DNA of 64,000 nt from Azolla caroliniana (GCA_043228905.1 JBHGNT010000001.1:35526001-35590000), one strand, 5' to 3'. Positions 11,469-25,105 are shown, numbered from the stretch's first letter. Notes: generated by a model from the letters alone, not told the origin. Numbers and translations: made by a program.

Positions 11469-14400
11469 TAAAAAAGGTGTAAGATGCATTATCCATATAG
11501 TGGAAACATATAAATGATGACAAATATTCTGTAAACCTCATCATTATTGAATGGTGGCTCATAAGTGACCGACGGATTCCATTTGTTTACGGACCAGTGT
11601 GAAGAGCAGTGGCCGAGTGGTCTGTAAACATCGCTGCTTGCTGAACAACAGCATGCAAACAATACAGAAGTGGGTGCCACATTCATCCTATGTAAAGCTG
11701 ATGAGATATGTAAAAACCTGTGATGAAGATGAAGAAACTATGGACATTCAGTATTAAGCCCTTGTGGGCGAGCTGCAGGTGAGACGTTGGCATTGGCCCT
11801 TTTCTAGCATGTAATTGGTAAATATTCTTTTATAATTACACTAATTGGTGCTACTTTACTGTGGCTTATGAAGAAATCAAGGTGTATTGGGCACCTGATG
11901 CATGCATATTGTAGGTATGAGGGCTGAGTTTCAATATCAACTACTTCAAGAGCATATTCGAAAGTCCAACGGCATGGAGGTGGAGATGGAGGTGTCATTT
12001 GGTGGAAAATATTCTTTCCGATGAAGGTTAGTTGGATCTAGACACATAAAACAATGATTCTTCGCCAGGAAAGGAAATGGAGCCAAAACAGAATAATATC
12101 AGGTATGTGTGTATGAAGGGAACATCAGCTTATGATTAATTGCTATAGTTGTTCTGTTCAGATGATCAGAGGATTGATTTAGAAGACTGTGGGATGAGCA
12201 CAGGACTAAATATGACGCGAATAAGCCAGACTGGCACCCCTCTAAACATGTAAGTCAACTTTTCTCTAGGGCCTTCGAAGCGGCATTTCATTTGCTTTGC
12301 AAATCACACCTCTGCTTTACATCGATAACTTCACATAATGCAGTCATTGAGGTAACTATGTCACTTAGCTGTGGTTTAATGCTTGTTTATGTTTCATGTT
12401 TGCGCTTAATTCAAAGTATGTGGGCATGATTGATGGAATGTATATTGCTGTTTTCAGATCATTATTGATAGCTGCTACCAGCTGGATAAGCATCATGAAA
12501 TTCTCCTTTAGCTGTACGATCTGCCCTCTAAATGTATTTATTTCCTACATCAGCATAACTTGCTTGCTATGGCTCATGTCATGGTAGTTGGGAGCTGCAT
12601 ATGGCTCCGGAGTTGCGCAAAATGTCCAATTCTGATGAATGAATCTGGTTCCTTTTCAAGATATAGGGGATCCATGCCATCAATGCCTAATGAAATGTCA
12701 GATATACCTTCCCAAGGTCTCTCTATTTTCATACAATGGAGTTTTTTTAATTCATAGTTCATACATAAGCCATCAAACAACATATTTTGTTCCTTGGTCA
12801 CCCTCTCCTTGATCTTCTTGCTTGCAGATGGTTGAATGGCACAATTTAAGTCGTGAGCTGTAAATTATCCCCATATTCAACTGCAGCTTTCGAGATGGTA
12901 AAAATGACATGTTTATCTGAGAGCTGCATATCGTCAAGTGAGTTGATCTTTGGCATCTTGGGTCATAGAGAAGCGTCTGTCTGTGCTTGTAAAAGTGGCT
13001 TATGATGAAGATAGCAATATCTTTGGTGTCTATGGTATTGTAGCCCAACTTTTGTATGTACAATTTATGTAAAATATAAATCCCAAAATTCAGTTCATTA
13101 TGTCGAGTACAATGTTTTACTCTGTATTTGATTGTGTATCAAACTTGAATTGATTAATACTTTTGATTTTTCTTTATATGAAAATATCGGGTCATATAAA
13201 TTACAAAGAACGGAATGTTACAAGCCATCCTCAAATTGGTGGGCTTCAACAATCTGTTTTTTCTATTATTAGTCAGAAATGTCAAAAATACCAGCAAATT
13301 TACATCGGTGAGGAATGCCTCAAATACAAGCATTCCTGATCAGTTATTTTTTTCTAGAGTTTCCAGCGTTGGCCCGATAGACAAAATTTATTTAATTTTG
13401 TCTTTGCAATGATGGAAATTTCAGCATTCCTATCAACTTCAATAATCTCGGTATTTTCTCCATTATTAAATTTAGAAATGTCATTGTATGCTACCAATGT
13501 TATTGGCAATAGGGTAAAAGTCTGAACTTCTGATATAAAAATGCCAATAGTTCTGGTATTTAGGTGCACCGTGCCCGTATGTCAGGGTTGTTTTCAATAT
13601 TACTGTCAAGATTACTAACATTTTTTGGGTAGAAGCTTATTTTCTGTCTTATTAAGTTCAAAAGTGTCGGTATAACTATGAAAAAAGAACTCAATCTGTA
13701 GTATTGTTGGATATTATTACTGTGGATAGCAAGGATATTGCTGATCATGGTAGTGCACACTGGATTAGCAAGGGCCACAATCATGCAAGGGTACTCTATG
13801 CTGAGAAGAGAGTAGGGTTGATCGAATCATTGTACTCTGACAACCAAAACAAAACAAGCCCCAGAAAGAGGAAGGTAACTCCTTCATAGGATACGTTCTG
13901 TAGTTCTCAGGGACATATAGTGTAGTGGTTGACCACTTAAGATCAACACTCAACTTGCCTAATCAATTATTAATTAAACTCTTATCGTGCTATTTAAATA
14001 AATGATAGTGGCTAGAGGGTGCTCAACATGGTATAACAGCAACATAGTGACATTAATTATATTCTTGTCCCTCCAAGTTGAGGATCTTTTTACATGGTGT
14101 TTTTATAGCCAAAAATAATAACGAAGAGAGAAGTCGTATTACCATCATCTTACATGAACCTTCATTCCCTTTTCTTCAGGAGTTGCATGTGGAATCTGGA
14201 TGAACCTTCACAAATATGTATTCTAACATTGACCCTTGATGTATCAATGGGAAGCTAATTCTATTAATCCCAAATTGCCCTTTCTTTCCCCATTGCATTT
14301 CTATTCTATAGTTCTAGTCAATTATGTAATCTTTTGTACAACTAGTTCGTCAAACAGCCAAAAAGGTAGTGGTTGCCGTTTGGTAGAACTTCCCTTTTGT

Positions 14401-16096
14401 CATTATGTAGGTTAGGCTTTAGCTTGCAAATTTCCCTAAAACTCTATTAGAAGTTGTTTATTCTTTTGCGAGTTAGCCTTGTTATGTTTTCTTAATGGAA
14501 TCACTTTGACCTAATAGTGCTAGCATTTGATGCATTCATACATTAGTACGATGTGTACCAAAAATAACATGCATCAACATGTTTTTAGAGAAAATGCAAG
14601 CGGCATAATTTTCCCTTCTTATAACTAAGATTTGAACATTTTCAGCAACTTGAGCCTAATTTAGTGAAAAATAGACATCATGTGCAAGGGACACCATATC
14701 GTAATTGTATCGCATTGTATCTCCAAATGTAATGACAAACCAACCTTTAGAAACTAGTTAGAGAAAGAATAAGTAACAAGAAGCTATAAATTTGATAGTA
14801 ACTATAAATGTGATTCAACATGAGCTTTTTGCATTCCAAATTTATCTGCTTTTCCAACTAGGCTTATGAAAAGCATAGATCACTTACCTCTTAAAGGTGC
14901 AATGCGAACAACACAAATCCTTGTAGTCAAACTTATATGACAAAATTGATTCAACAACATGAATAACAATAACTAGAATAAGGTTTATGATATTAGTTCA
15001 ACATGTAAATTTGTAGGGAACTCGATTTCAACCATGGACAACTCGAGCCTACACTTGTGGTGCTCAATAATACCAATAATAACTTGAACCACAATTTTTT
15101 AACATGAAGATTGTGAAGTACACTTCAACCTAAGGATATACACTTAGCACTCAAGCATAGAGGTACTTGCCAACACAAACAATGAGAACTGAACTAACTC
15201 AACAACTCTAACCAATTTGAACCTACCCATGATTATTGAACCTCAAGACATACACACAAGCTATGCTTTAGGGTAGTTTGAAGTGTGGAGGAGATAGTAC
15301 ACCCACCACATGTTTAACTCGACATATGCAAAACAATCAATTTGTTTACACTGCCTTTCACAAGCTTTTAAAGGATTTAGTAATTTTATTCATTCTAATT
15401 CTCGTAGATACCTCAAAACCTTGATTTTCCATGGTTTGATTTAAGTTAAGCTAAACTTTTCCATAAAAAAAGTGGATCTTTTAATGTTCTTCGCATTTCC
15501 TTTATTAGGAGACTTTGGTAAACTATATTGCATAACTTAATTTGAGTGATATTTAAGACATTTTCCCGGCACTCCTATCCAAATGTAGTGGGATGAGGAC
15601 CCAACACCACCATGGACTAGGTTATAGAGTTCATCGACAATCAATTCGATAAATCTAACCATTCTACCAACCATTTTAGTTACCAACAACATGAACATTT
15701 TGATGCAACTATTTCAATTATAAACATGCCCAAAGGTATTGTTCAACAACACACACACACACATTTTGTTGGCAACAACATGAATGGTCAAATTCGATGT
15801 CGAACGTGTTGTAAAGTGAGATCATTAGTAACTAGCTATATAAAAAAATGTAGTAAAAGTCATACTTTGGATGCTCTAGTGTATATATGAAAAAGCTTTT
15901 GCTTTTGACTAGATCTTGATCCTATGTAGCAAAGTTTTTTGGTTAGTTTGGTTGTGTATAACTTCGATCTACTCTCGACAACACAAAACAAGAACATGCT
16001 AGATCCCCAAAGTTGTTGCAAATGAGGATGGGTTCCCGTGGGGCCGGCAATCAAGGAGAGGCTCGGATGGTGAAGGAGTGTGAGCATGTAGAAAGG

Positions 16097-16097
<1 letters not shown>

Positions 16098-16162
<65 letters not shown>

Positions 16163-16475
16163 GAGTGGGGCTATTTACCGATGTCGGACCTAATGAGCTT
16201 TGTTGGATGTTGCTTCAAGTGACGAGGTTCAACGATCGCATGATACTTTTGGCGTGGGGGCTCATGCCATCATCTTATGGAGAGGAATAGTTGGAGTTGG
16301 AGTTGGAGTGCAACAACATCATATCCAGAGAGACAAGAGAGAGAGAGAGAGAGACAAACAAACAAGACATATACATGTACACTCCATTCCACAAACAAAT
16401 ACATAAGATGGGCCAAAACCTTCCTACAATACACAGTGCACACACACACACATACACAAACAGATACACAAACAG

Positions 16476-16560
<85 letters not shown>

Positions 16561-17120
16561 TGTACATATACATGTGTGCATAACATACACATATTTATTT
16601 ATGTACATACATACATTGAGTCACTATTACATAATGCGCGCACACAAACACACACACACACACACATTTTGATGATGAAATAATGTAGGGGTGTGTGTGT
16701 GTGTGTAGGTTACTACTCCTTCATTTACCCCTCTACCCCCACCCCCCCCCCCCCCCCCCCCCCTTCTTTCTCTCTCTCTCTCTCTCTGAGCTGTCTCTAC
16801 TCTCTCTCTCTCTCTGCGTCTCAGTGTCTCTCATCTTCATCGTCTTCTTCATCTCTGTCTTTCTCTGTGTGTTTCGTTAGTGGAGGAAATCACGCACACG
16901 CACACGCACGGCACGCACACACACACAGTCTTCTCCTTCTCCTTCTCCTTCTCCTTCTCCTTCTCCTATCCATCCATCCATCTATCAATGGTTTCTCTGT
17001 CGTGAGCTCCTCACCATTCTTCCCTCTCTGCGTCTACTCTGCTCCTCCTCCGCACACCCACAGCCGCCCGCACCTATCTATCTATCTATCTATATCTATC
17101 TATCTACCTATATCTATATA
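16098..17120. repeat. Dense microsatellite cluster: (GA)n 16098-16159, (CATACA)n ~16475-16560, poly-C ~16742-16763, (CT)n, (CTCCTT)n, (CTAT)n
   Basis: Read directly from the sequence; it lies upstream of the phytolongin gene. Confidence 0.95.
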
Positions 17121-17487
17121 TGATTATTATGCTGTTGCTGCTGCAGCTTATGCCAATGCCGGTGCAGGCCCAGATGCTGCAGCTCATTCCCACTCACTCG
17201 CCCATTGCACTTCTCCCTCGCCAGAAGAACCAAGAAGAAGAAGAAGACGAAGAAGACACGACCACCACTCACACCCTCCTCCCCTAATTTAATGCTGGAC
17301 TCCTCTGCTGCCGGAGGTTTGGATCTTCCTCCCATTCTCTCTGAATTCCCATTTTCTCCATATCTTTGATTGCCTTCCCCCCCTTCTGTTCTTCTTCTTC
17401 TTCTTCTTCTTCTTCTTCTTCTTCCTCCTCCTGCTCTTTTTGTTTTTTGTCCCTTTTTCCTTTTCCTTCTCCTTCTGCTGTTAGACG

Positions 17488-18579
17488 ATGATGTTCCGCA
17501 AGAGTCCTGTACCTTCAGGATCGGCATTGTCGGCCGCAGCTCCCATCTATCACTTCACCAACGCAGGATCTTATACTCTGCCTGAGAATGACGAGCCCAC
17601 AGAAGAAGCACCTCGTACTAGTAGTAGTAATAATAATATCGCGAATGAGGCAATGCGGGCCCCCCTGCCGAGCTTGATCTACTATGCGGCGGTTGCCAAA
17701 GGCACCAACACCATTGTAGCAGAGTACATTAATGCCGCCCAGATGAGTGGCGAAGAAGGCATTTTGAGCGCCGACCTCTACTCCTCTGTTGCCGCCAAAT
17801 GCCTGGAAAACATCCCTCCCCTTCACAATTCGTTCAGCTACACCACCAACCAGCGGAGGTTCATCTGCATTCTAGATGGCCTCTTCACTTACTGTGCTAT
17901 CATGGACGAAGCTCTCAGCAAAGCCCAAGCATTCTCCTTCCTGCACAAAGTCAGGGATGCCTTCAAGTCCTCCCTCAAAGGCCGTGTCTCTCGCTCGCAG
18001 AACCTAACGCTCAGAGCCCATTTCCTGGACGAAGAAATGGTCCCACTGATGCGGAATCTGGCCGCAGGACTCGTGGGCATCCCTCAGAGACACAAGAATC
18101 GTGCAGAAGCAGAGATTCAAGCGCAGCTGGACATAGTTGAAATGGATCTGGATGCGACCACTAGTCTGGCTGCGGCAGCCCCCTTGAATGAAACACACGA
18201 TCAGGATTTCGACTCTAAGACGGAAGAGAAGCCTCATGGATCTAGATCTCCACGGATGCCTTTGATGGGTAAACTGCTCAAGGCAAAGAAGAAGGCTACG
18301 GATCAGGTGAAAGAGATTATAATGAATAGGGAAAATGGTGGTGTCCCAAAGGGCATGCAACAGGCAAAGAAACTTGAGGTACTGGTAGATGAAGGCTCCA
18401 GTGATGCTCCAACCAGCAACTGCGATGAAAGCCACACTGACAGCCAAGGAGCTCAGCGACAGAAGTTGATGTGGCGGTGCAACACCAAATCTGTGATCAT
18501 GTTGGATGTACTCATATGTGTGTTCCTTCTGGCCATCTGGCTAGGCATTTGCCGTGGCATCAGCTGTGTTGCTAGATGA
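17488..18579 (+). CDS. Phytolongin (non-SNARE longin protein with C-terminal transmembrane anchor), 363 aa, intronless CDS
   Basis: Longin domain (LIYYAAVAKGT..IVAEY...KCLENIPPLH.SFSYT...GLFTYCAI.DE...AFSFLHKVRDAF) with no SNARE heptads. The C-terminal TM VIMLDVLICVFLLAIWLGICRGISC is typical of PHYL proteins. Confidence 0.88.
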   Translation: MMFRKSPVPSGSALSAAAPIYHFTNAGSYTLPENDEPTEEAPRTSSSNNNIANEAMRAPLPSLIYYAAVAKGTNTIVAEYINAAQMSGEEGILSADLYSSVAAKCLENIPPLHNSFSYTTNQRRFICILDGLFTYCAIMDEALSKAQAFSFLHKVRDAFKSSLKGRVSRSQNLTLRAHFLDEEMVPLMRNLAAGLVGIPQRHKNRAEAEIQAQLDIVEMDLDATTSLAAAAPLNETHDQDFDSKTEEKPHGSRSPRMPLMGKLLKAKKKATDQVKEIIMNRENGGVPKGMQQAKKLEVLVDEGSSDAPTSNCDESHTDSQGAQRQKLMWRCNTKSVIMLDVLICVFLLAIWLGICRGISCVAR

Positions 18580-21500
18580 GACACATGCTGTGCTGATCTC
18601 ATGCGTATTACGAGGCTAGTTATGTATGTAATCTGGTTCTCATGCTAATTCAGGTGGTTTTAAGTATGTATGCAAGCTTGGGTGTGTGAGACTCTGCGAT
18701 ATTAGTTTCATGGAGCAGCTGTGGGTTTCTGAGAAGTTGCAGCGTAAATCTGGAAGCCTCTTCTCACTCACAGCAGAGCATGTTTAATCGCAGGATATAT
18801 GTGAGATAAGAGCTGAAAACCAAGTCTTTTCACTGTCAATCCAACTGGTTCATGAGATCTGTGTGCAGTGTGGCTCATTGGTTGGATCTTTGGAATACCT
18901 GGCAAGTAAGTTTAAGCTCAGCTGGGTGTAGTGGAGTTAATCAGACCTACTGACAGTTTAGCAATGTAAGGCAGATTGGTTGGATCTTTTTTATATGGCC
19001 CTATGTAGAGGCCTCATTCTTTGACAGCGTATATACAGATGGGCATGCCGAGTCCTGGCAGTTCTAACTTTGTATTGCAGGTTTTTAAAAGCTGGAATCA
19101 TTTTGTAACATAATTGTGTTGAGAAAGCAGCACAGACGACCACTTTTGATTCGGATGGGTGATTTCCAACTCATGTTTGTACCATTGAATATTCAGAGAA
19201 CTGGCATTTAAGCTAAAATTATCAAGCTTGTTTTCAGAGTTTGCACCAGTTTGTGGCCTTTTCCCCTGTTGTACTTTAAGATCTAGAGGCGCCCATCGAC
19301 ATCTCTCTGATTGATGTGCTTACTGACTGTATCAAATTTTATTTTTTTAAATTCCAATGAGGATAAACGTCACAAGTTTTGATTTGAGTATGGTTTGCAA
19401 GTTTGGCTGCTTCATAAAGTTTCCATAGTACTCTTATACTATAATATGAGAAGAAGAAAAAAAGGCAAGCAAATCCAATGTAGAAAAATGGCTGCAATTG
19501 AGGGAATGTATCTATCTGATAAATTGTAGTTCTTGCCAACTTCATATGATAAGAGTTGACAACTGAATCATATGCCAGTAGGCCTTGTGCAATAAAAACC
19601 ATTTATTACTGTTTCTAAAAGAAGTTGCTTAGAATGATCACTGGTATCGGCATGTATATAAGCAATCATGGTGCCAAATGAAGTAGATAACAGAGCACTG
19701 CTATTTTTGAGACTGCCTATGTCCCAAGTCCCCTTCATACGTTTTATTCTAGACACGTGTTTTGACATTTAAGTTGACATCTCTTTATATGTGCATTCTA
19801 AATTACACTGGCTTCAATGCAAATCGACTATCTGGTGGCTATTGGTTAGTCATCAAATGCCAATGATATAGAATGACTAATGGAATCAGTTTTGAAAATC
19901 CAGTTGTTAGAATGAGTGATGTGGAGAATTTTTGGCATGATAGATTCCTAAGTAGTAGCTCAGAAAGAATTTCTCTTTCCAACTGTAGTACCCATACGAA
20001 GAACAGTCATGAGAGGAATCTACATTAAATATACTAAGTAGTATTACTGTTTTGTGTTTCCTTAGTCGTGAATCAAATAACTGGAGTGAGATGTTCTCCA
20101 GTGAATGGCTTTTTGGGCATTATGATGACTGCAATGTAAGCAGGAAGTTAATTGTCACTGTGCATTTATCCAGTGATCTCCTGCCCGACAGTAGATGTAT
20201 TTGAAAATAAAGTGCTCACATTTAGTGTTTTTGAAGTGAACAAAGGGTATAGGATTTGTGATGCAAATGAGAATATTGTGTCAGTTGCAGAATGCAATAA
20301 TACAACAGTAAAACACCCAAAGATCGGGAAAGGGTAGGGTAGGGTAGGTATCCCACAGTTTATTTAAAGATAAATAAAATGTGAAAGCCTGGATATGTAC
20401 ATTGTGCTGCATTAAGTTGTCACCCAAAGAGATTCAAAATAAAAGGGCATTAGCTAGACCAGCAAAACTTAAGTGGTGATAAGTGTATTGACATAAGGTA
20501 GCGGGACAAGGCTGAAACTGTTCTCTTGTATTGGCTTGAAATGACATAACTGGTATTGTCAATGGCGGCATTACAGGCAAATGTCATCAGCCAAAGAAGG
20601 GTTTACTTAGGCACCTTCTTGTTTAATATTTATGTAATACTGTTGACAACCCATGAAGGGTCTGCATCTAAGAAGTATTGGTTCATATATATAATAAATA
20701 ACTGTTTGCTTGTGAACTTGAGAAAGAGATCCCCAGGTTTTGATTGTAGAACTGACATCCTCTTATATCATCCCACCTATATATATAGTGTAACCAAAAT
20801 AGTTCGGCTGAAAGGTGAACTGTCAAAGAAATAATCACTCCGTGGAATTGAATCCAAACTCCAAACATCGCATTTTTCTTTGGTGTTTTTGTTTTGAGTT
20901 GTAGAATCCAAAGATGCAGACACAATGGTGTAGTGGCAAAACATGTGGAATTATAAGCATTGGGCATGGCGTTTATGTTTTAAAGAACTAATTGTAATTT
21001 TACTTTGAGGTAATGCACAGTAATAACTGTTTTGGCCAATTTAACTAATGGCTTCATTACATTCACATTGACACATTATTCTCCAGAATACAAACTATGA
21101 AGATGGTGGCATATAATGGCCACAAATTGCTCCCGAAACATCCTTGGTCCACCCTGAACAGGAAGGAAAAGGGAACGAAATCAAATAGAATTGCTGAAAT
21201 AGCAGATGTAATTGAGTTAAAGGTGATGAAAGGACCAAGTGACTCCTCAAGTAACAATATATGTATGTGCTCTTTTGAGGGTTACCAAAGGGCATGTAGA
21301 AATAAAAGCCATGTGAGGAAATAATGAAGAAGTCATGGGTATTTCGGAGGGTCTCTTCCCCCCCCCCCCCCCCCCCCCCCCCTCCCCCTTTGCTCACCCC
21401 ACAAAATTACAATGTTATGGTGGTTTTCGTATTTACGAAAATGCTCCTCATATTTCTAATTCTCAAAATACCCTTCCAATCCCCCCCTTGTGTGTGAGAA

Positions 21501-22674
21501 AGAGAGATAGAGGCAGGCAAAAATGCCTCCTTTTCCGACTTTTAATCATCTACTCCCACCCCGATGCACCCCCTACTTTTGAACATGAATGTCCCTCTTC
21601 AAGATTTCAGTACATCGGGGGTAATACGGCTCATGAATCACCCTTGGGATCAACCTTTTCCAAATGGGAAAAGTAGTTTATGACATATTGGACATTGTTT
21701 TCCAATAGGAATTATATTTTGCTTTCTGGATTTTAATGCATGTATGGAGGAGTAATAGTTGTTTCTCTAGAGGTAACAACAAAATGCGATCTAATTACAG
21801 TGACTCCCTCCACTTCAAATACATCTTAGTAAACAGATAATTTGACACTCCAAGTCCATGGGCAACACATTGATACTATTGATCTAGAAGAAGAATGGCA
21901 TCTAAATCTGTGTTGAGTTATGGAAGCCTCAACTGCATCACCATCATTATCATGGATGTTGATGTCAACAAGTGCCAATTAACCCATGATTGTGGTTCAC
22001 ATAAGAGACTTGTCAAAAAGTTAATGCAATATATTCAACAATTTATCAAAGGTATGGGATTGCTCGATCAAGTATCACAAGTGTCATCAACAAGTGGTAG
22101 TGGAACCTCCTTGCAAGGCCAAGTCACTACCACTAGTAGTTTTAGAGAGAGAGAGAGAGAGCACCTCCATGGGACAAAGTGCATGTTGTGGGAGATTTTT
22201 GTCTTTCACGACACATCTTGATTTTCTGCAATGTTTTTTTGTATGTCTATTATCATTTATTACCATAAAGGTACTAAAAATCGGCATAAATTGTATCCTC
22301 AATTTGTGTGGTACATACATGCTTCTCTTTTCCTAAAAGAAGATGTTATGTTGGAAATGTATGTTTTCCGGCATTCGGGTTTTTGAGAAAGCTCCTACAA
22401 AGTAATTGATTCAGTGGAGGATGCGGTGTTTTATGTGTAATGCTAAAACTATCATATCATTATTTATACAGAATCAAAAAAATGTTTGGATTTTCGAAAC
22501 ATATGAAGGTTATCATACAAGGAATCATGCATAAGGCAAGGGTTAGGGTTTCACTTTCGCAAAGGCTATGGGGCACTCCCCGAAGACTGACACAACGTGA
22601 GATGAGAACGCAATGACCCTCGACACAACTTACAAGCAAATAAAGAGTGATCCATGGGCAACATGTGAGGTGGG

Positions 22675-22730
<56 letters not shown>

Positions 22731-22739
22731 AGAGAGAGA

Positions 22740-24477
22740 TCAATTTGCTTTGGCTTTAGGGTTGTATATAAATTGGAGGAAGTCTCACCTTATTTCTTGT
22801 ACGGAGAGTGATTTGGAATGTTTGGGATGACGAGGGTCAGGAATTACACGAAGATCAATTTGTTGACATTTGGGTTATCCATTGGGTGTTGATGTTACAA
22901 ATGTTCAATTGATTGATTGGATTGGTAGTAAATTGAAGGACAAATTTATGTATTGGAAGTCTCAATCATGGCCCTTTCATGTACGACTCAAAGTGGTGCA
23001 ATGTATCTTGATACCCATATTATTATATTTTTTGCCTTTACTACCTTGGACTAAGAAGGCATTACAAAACATGTTACAACCTATTCGGTTCACGTTGTGG
23101 CGAAAGGGAGAAATGATGGGAGTTACATGGATTTCATGGGATCGTTTGGCTACTCCTAAAAGGTTAGGTGGTGCAGCAATGTTGGATTTGGAAAGGCATT
23201 TGATGGCTCGTGGATTTGCATTATTACAAGATATATGTCAACAAGATCAACCATGGATATGTACGATGCAATATTTTATTGAGCATGAAGGATTGGTTCA
23301 CGGGAAAACAAAGATTCAAGCATCCTGGTGGTCATTCCTCAATGGAAGTATTCTTCTAAAGATTCGACATTCTGCATGTGGACAACATTTGGTAAGATCG
23401 TGGCAAGATGCATTATCTCTTTTTGAATGGGGACCATCAAGTGATCGAGAATATTGTAATTCATTACAAAATGAATTGCTTGTTTCTTCTCGAGTGTAGT
23501 TTTGGCATGGGAAAGAGAAGTTGAGATCTCAATTTAATCGTTTAGTTCGAATGGGGATTGTACATTTGGAAGATGTGGTTGATAATGAATCTCAATGGTT
23601 GTCGGATTTTGAAGATGCCAAGTGATGGTTATGTACTCCCCCAAATTATGGATTTTTTTGGGAGAAATTACAAGATATACCATTGTTGCAAGGACCTTTG
23701 CCATTGAAAACAAATTTTGCACCTTGGGTGGATTGGTGGTTACAAGATGGTACACGCTTGTTATAGGTCACTACAAATATATTGTATGATCATGCAATGG
23801 CATCATTATCTTGGCTATCTCCTAAAGCAGCGAAGTTATGGAATGTATATAAGTCGGATGCAAGGTGGTGGAAAATATTACAACGTGGTTGGCATTCCCA
23901 TCTACCATTTCGTGCAAAGGTATTCATATGGAGAGTCATGATTGGTGGGCTCCCATTAGGTTTGGCCTTAAAGAGACGAGGACTAGGATCTGGCACTTGT
24001 TTCTTTTGCACAGTTCCATTGGAGGATAGTACACATAGGTTCATTGAATGTCCTATAGCGTGTACCATTTGAAAGTACTTATCAGACATTTGGCAAGTTT
24101 TGACCTGTTGTTGTTTGAGACCTCAACAATGGGTTTCTTCTCAATATGTTCAAAATTGTTCAAATGATGAGACGGAGATATTGTTCCAAAATTTACGTTA
24201 TTGAGGTCTACAACATAATTGAAATATGCGTAATGCTTTCATGTTGATAATAGACATGGGGTGAAAGCCTATATAAAGAAGTTGAATGGTATTCTCATGT
24301 GGAATTTTTGGATGTTAGAGCATATGGCGATCATTTCCTCAAATGCATATTCAGGTTTTTTAGTAGCATTACAAGACGTCCCTCTCCCTACATAGGCATA
24401 TGATAGGTAGAGGTGACTAAGAAGTGGTGTAACTAAGTGGATTTTACATACAATTAATATAATGCTTTTACCAAAAA
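22740..24477 (+). mobile_element. 5'-truncated, degenerate L1-type LINE (RT C-terminus plus zf-RVT), flanked by (GA)n on both sides
   Basis: Motifs seen: FALALGLYINW(E)KS...HLGYPLG, WDRLATPKRLGGAAMLDL and KVFIWRVMIGGLP...CFFCTVPLEDSTHRFIECP. It has stops and frameshifts, and a short A-run before the right-hand GA repeat. Confidence 0.88.
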
Positions 24478-24950
24478 GAGAGAGAGGGAGAGAGAGAGAG
24501 AGGGAGGGAGAGAGAGGGAGAGCCTAGATGGAGGGAGAATATATCACAAATTTGGGCATCGATAACTGGAAATATTTTGTCGCCTTATAACTGGGTTTCT
24601 ATTATTAAGGATAAAGCTATGCTTGCACCATCATATAAGGTTGTGTTTGACCTCTCAGATATTGGGGGATGTGGTTTAATTGGACCATGCGAAATGGGTT
24701 CTTGTTTGATGGACGTCATGTGGTAACACAACAACTTCGTAGGATGAAAGGGAAGTTGATTTGGCAATTTTCACAACTATGTTATATGGGGATGTTGTCC
24801 CGAGAGGAATAGACTTATGTCATCTAGTTTTACAACACTTGAGAGGGTTTCCTTTGCATTGTCACTCTTTGTGAAGTGGTGAAGATAGCAAGGTTTGTAT
24901 TATTATCTTTTTTTAATAACAAATATCAAATTACGAAAACAAGAGAGAGT

Positions 24951-25035
24951 CCAACTGTATGTAGCTCAGTTGATAAGGGTGCCCAATGGAGACCAGGTAG
25001 TCATGGGTTCAACCCCTACATTCCACAGTGGTATC
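24951..25035 (+). mobile_element. tRNA-derived element (SINE head or tRNA pseudogene) with Pol III A and B boxes
   Basis: A box TAGCTCAGTTGA at 24962 and B box GGTTCAACCCC at 25006, 44 nt apart as in tRNAs. The anticodon arm is degenerate, so it is not a functional tRNA. Confidence 0.65.
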
Positions 25036-25105
25036 TAGTGAATTATGAGATATGTATGAAGTCTATATAATAGAGAAGTGAGTAAAATTGGGTTTGGAAC
25101 CCCAC

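Noticed and set aside
12069-12510. Apparent multi-exon coding frame downstream of the first PPR gene
   Set aside because: It needs implausibly short introns (20 and 42 nt), and the product resembles nothing I recognise, including DYW.
13100-15900. Short ORFs and TE-like decayed sequence
   Set aside because: No identifiable domain, termini or consistent exon structure.
16270-17585. Several 100-199 aa ORFs (poly-HT, YT, VC, L, R)
   Set aside because: Translations of microsatellites.
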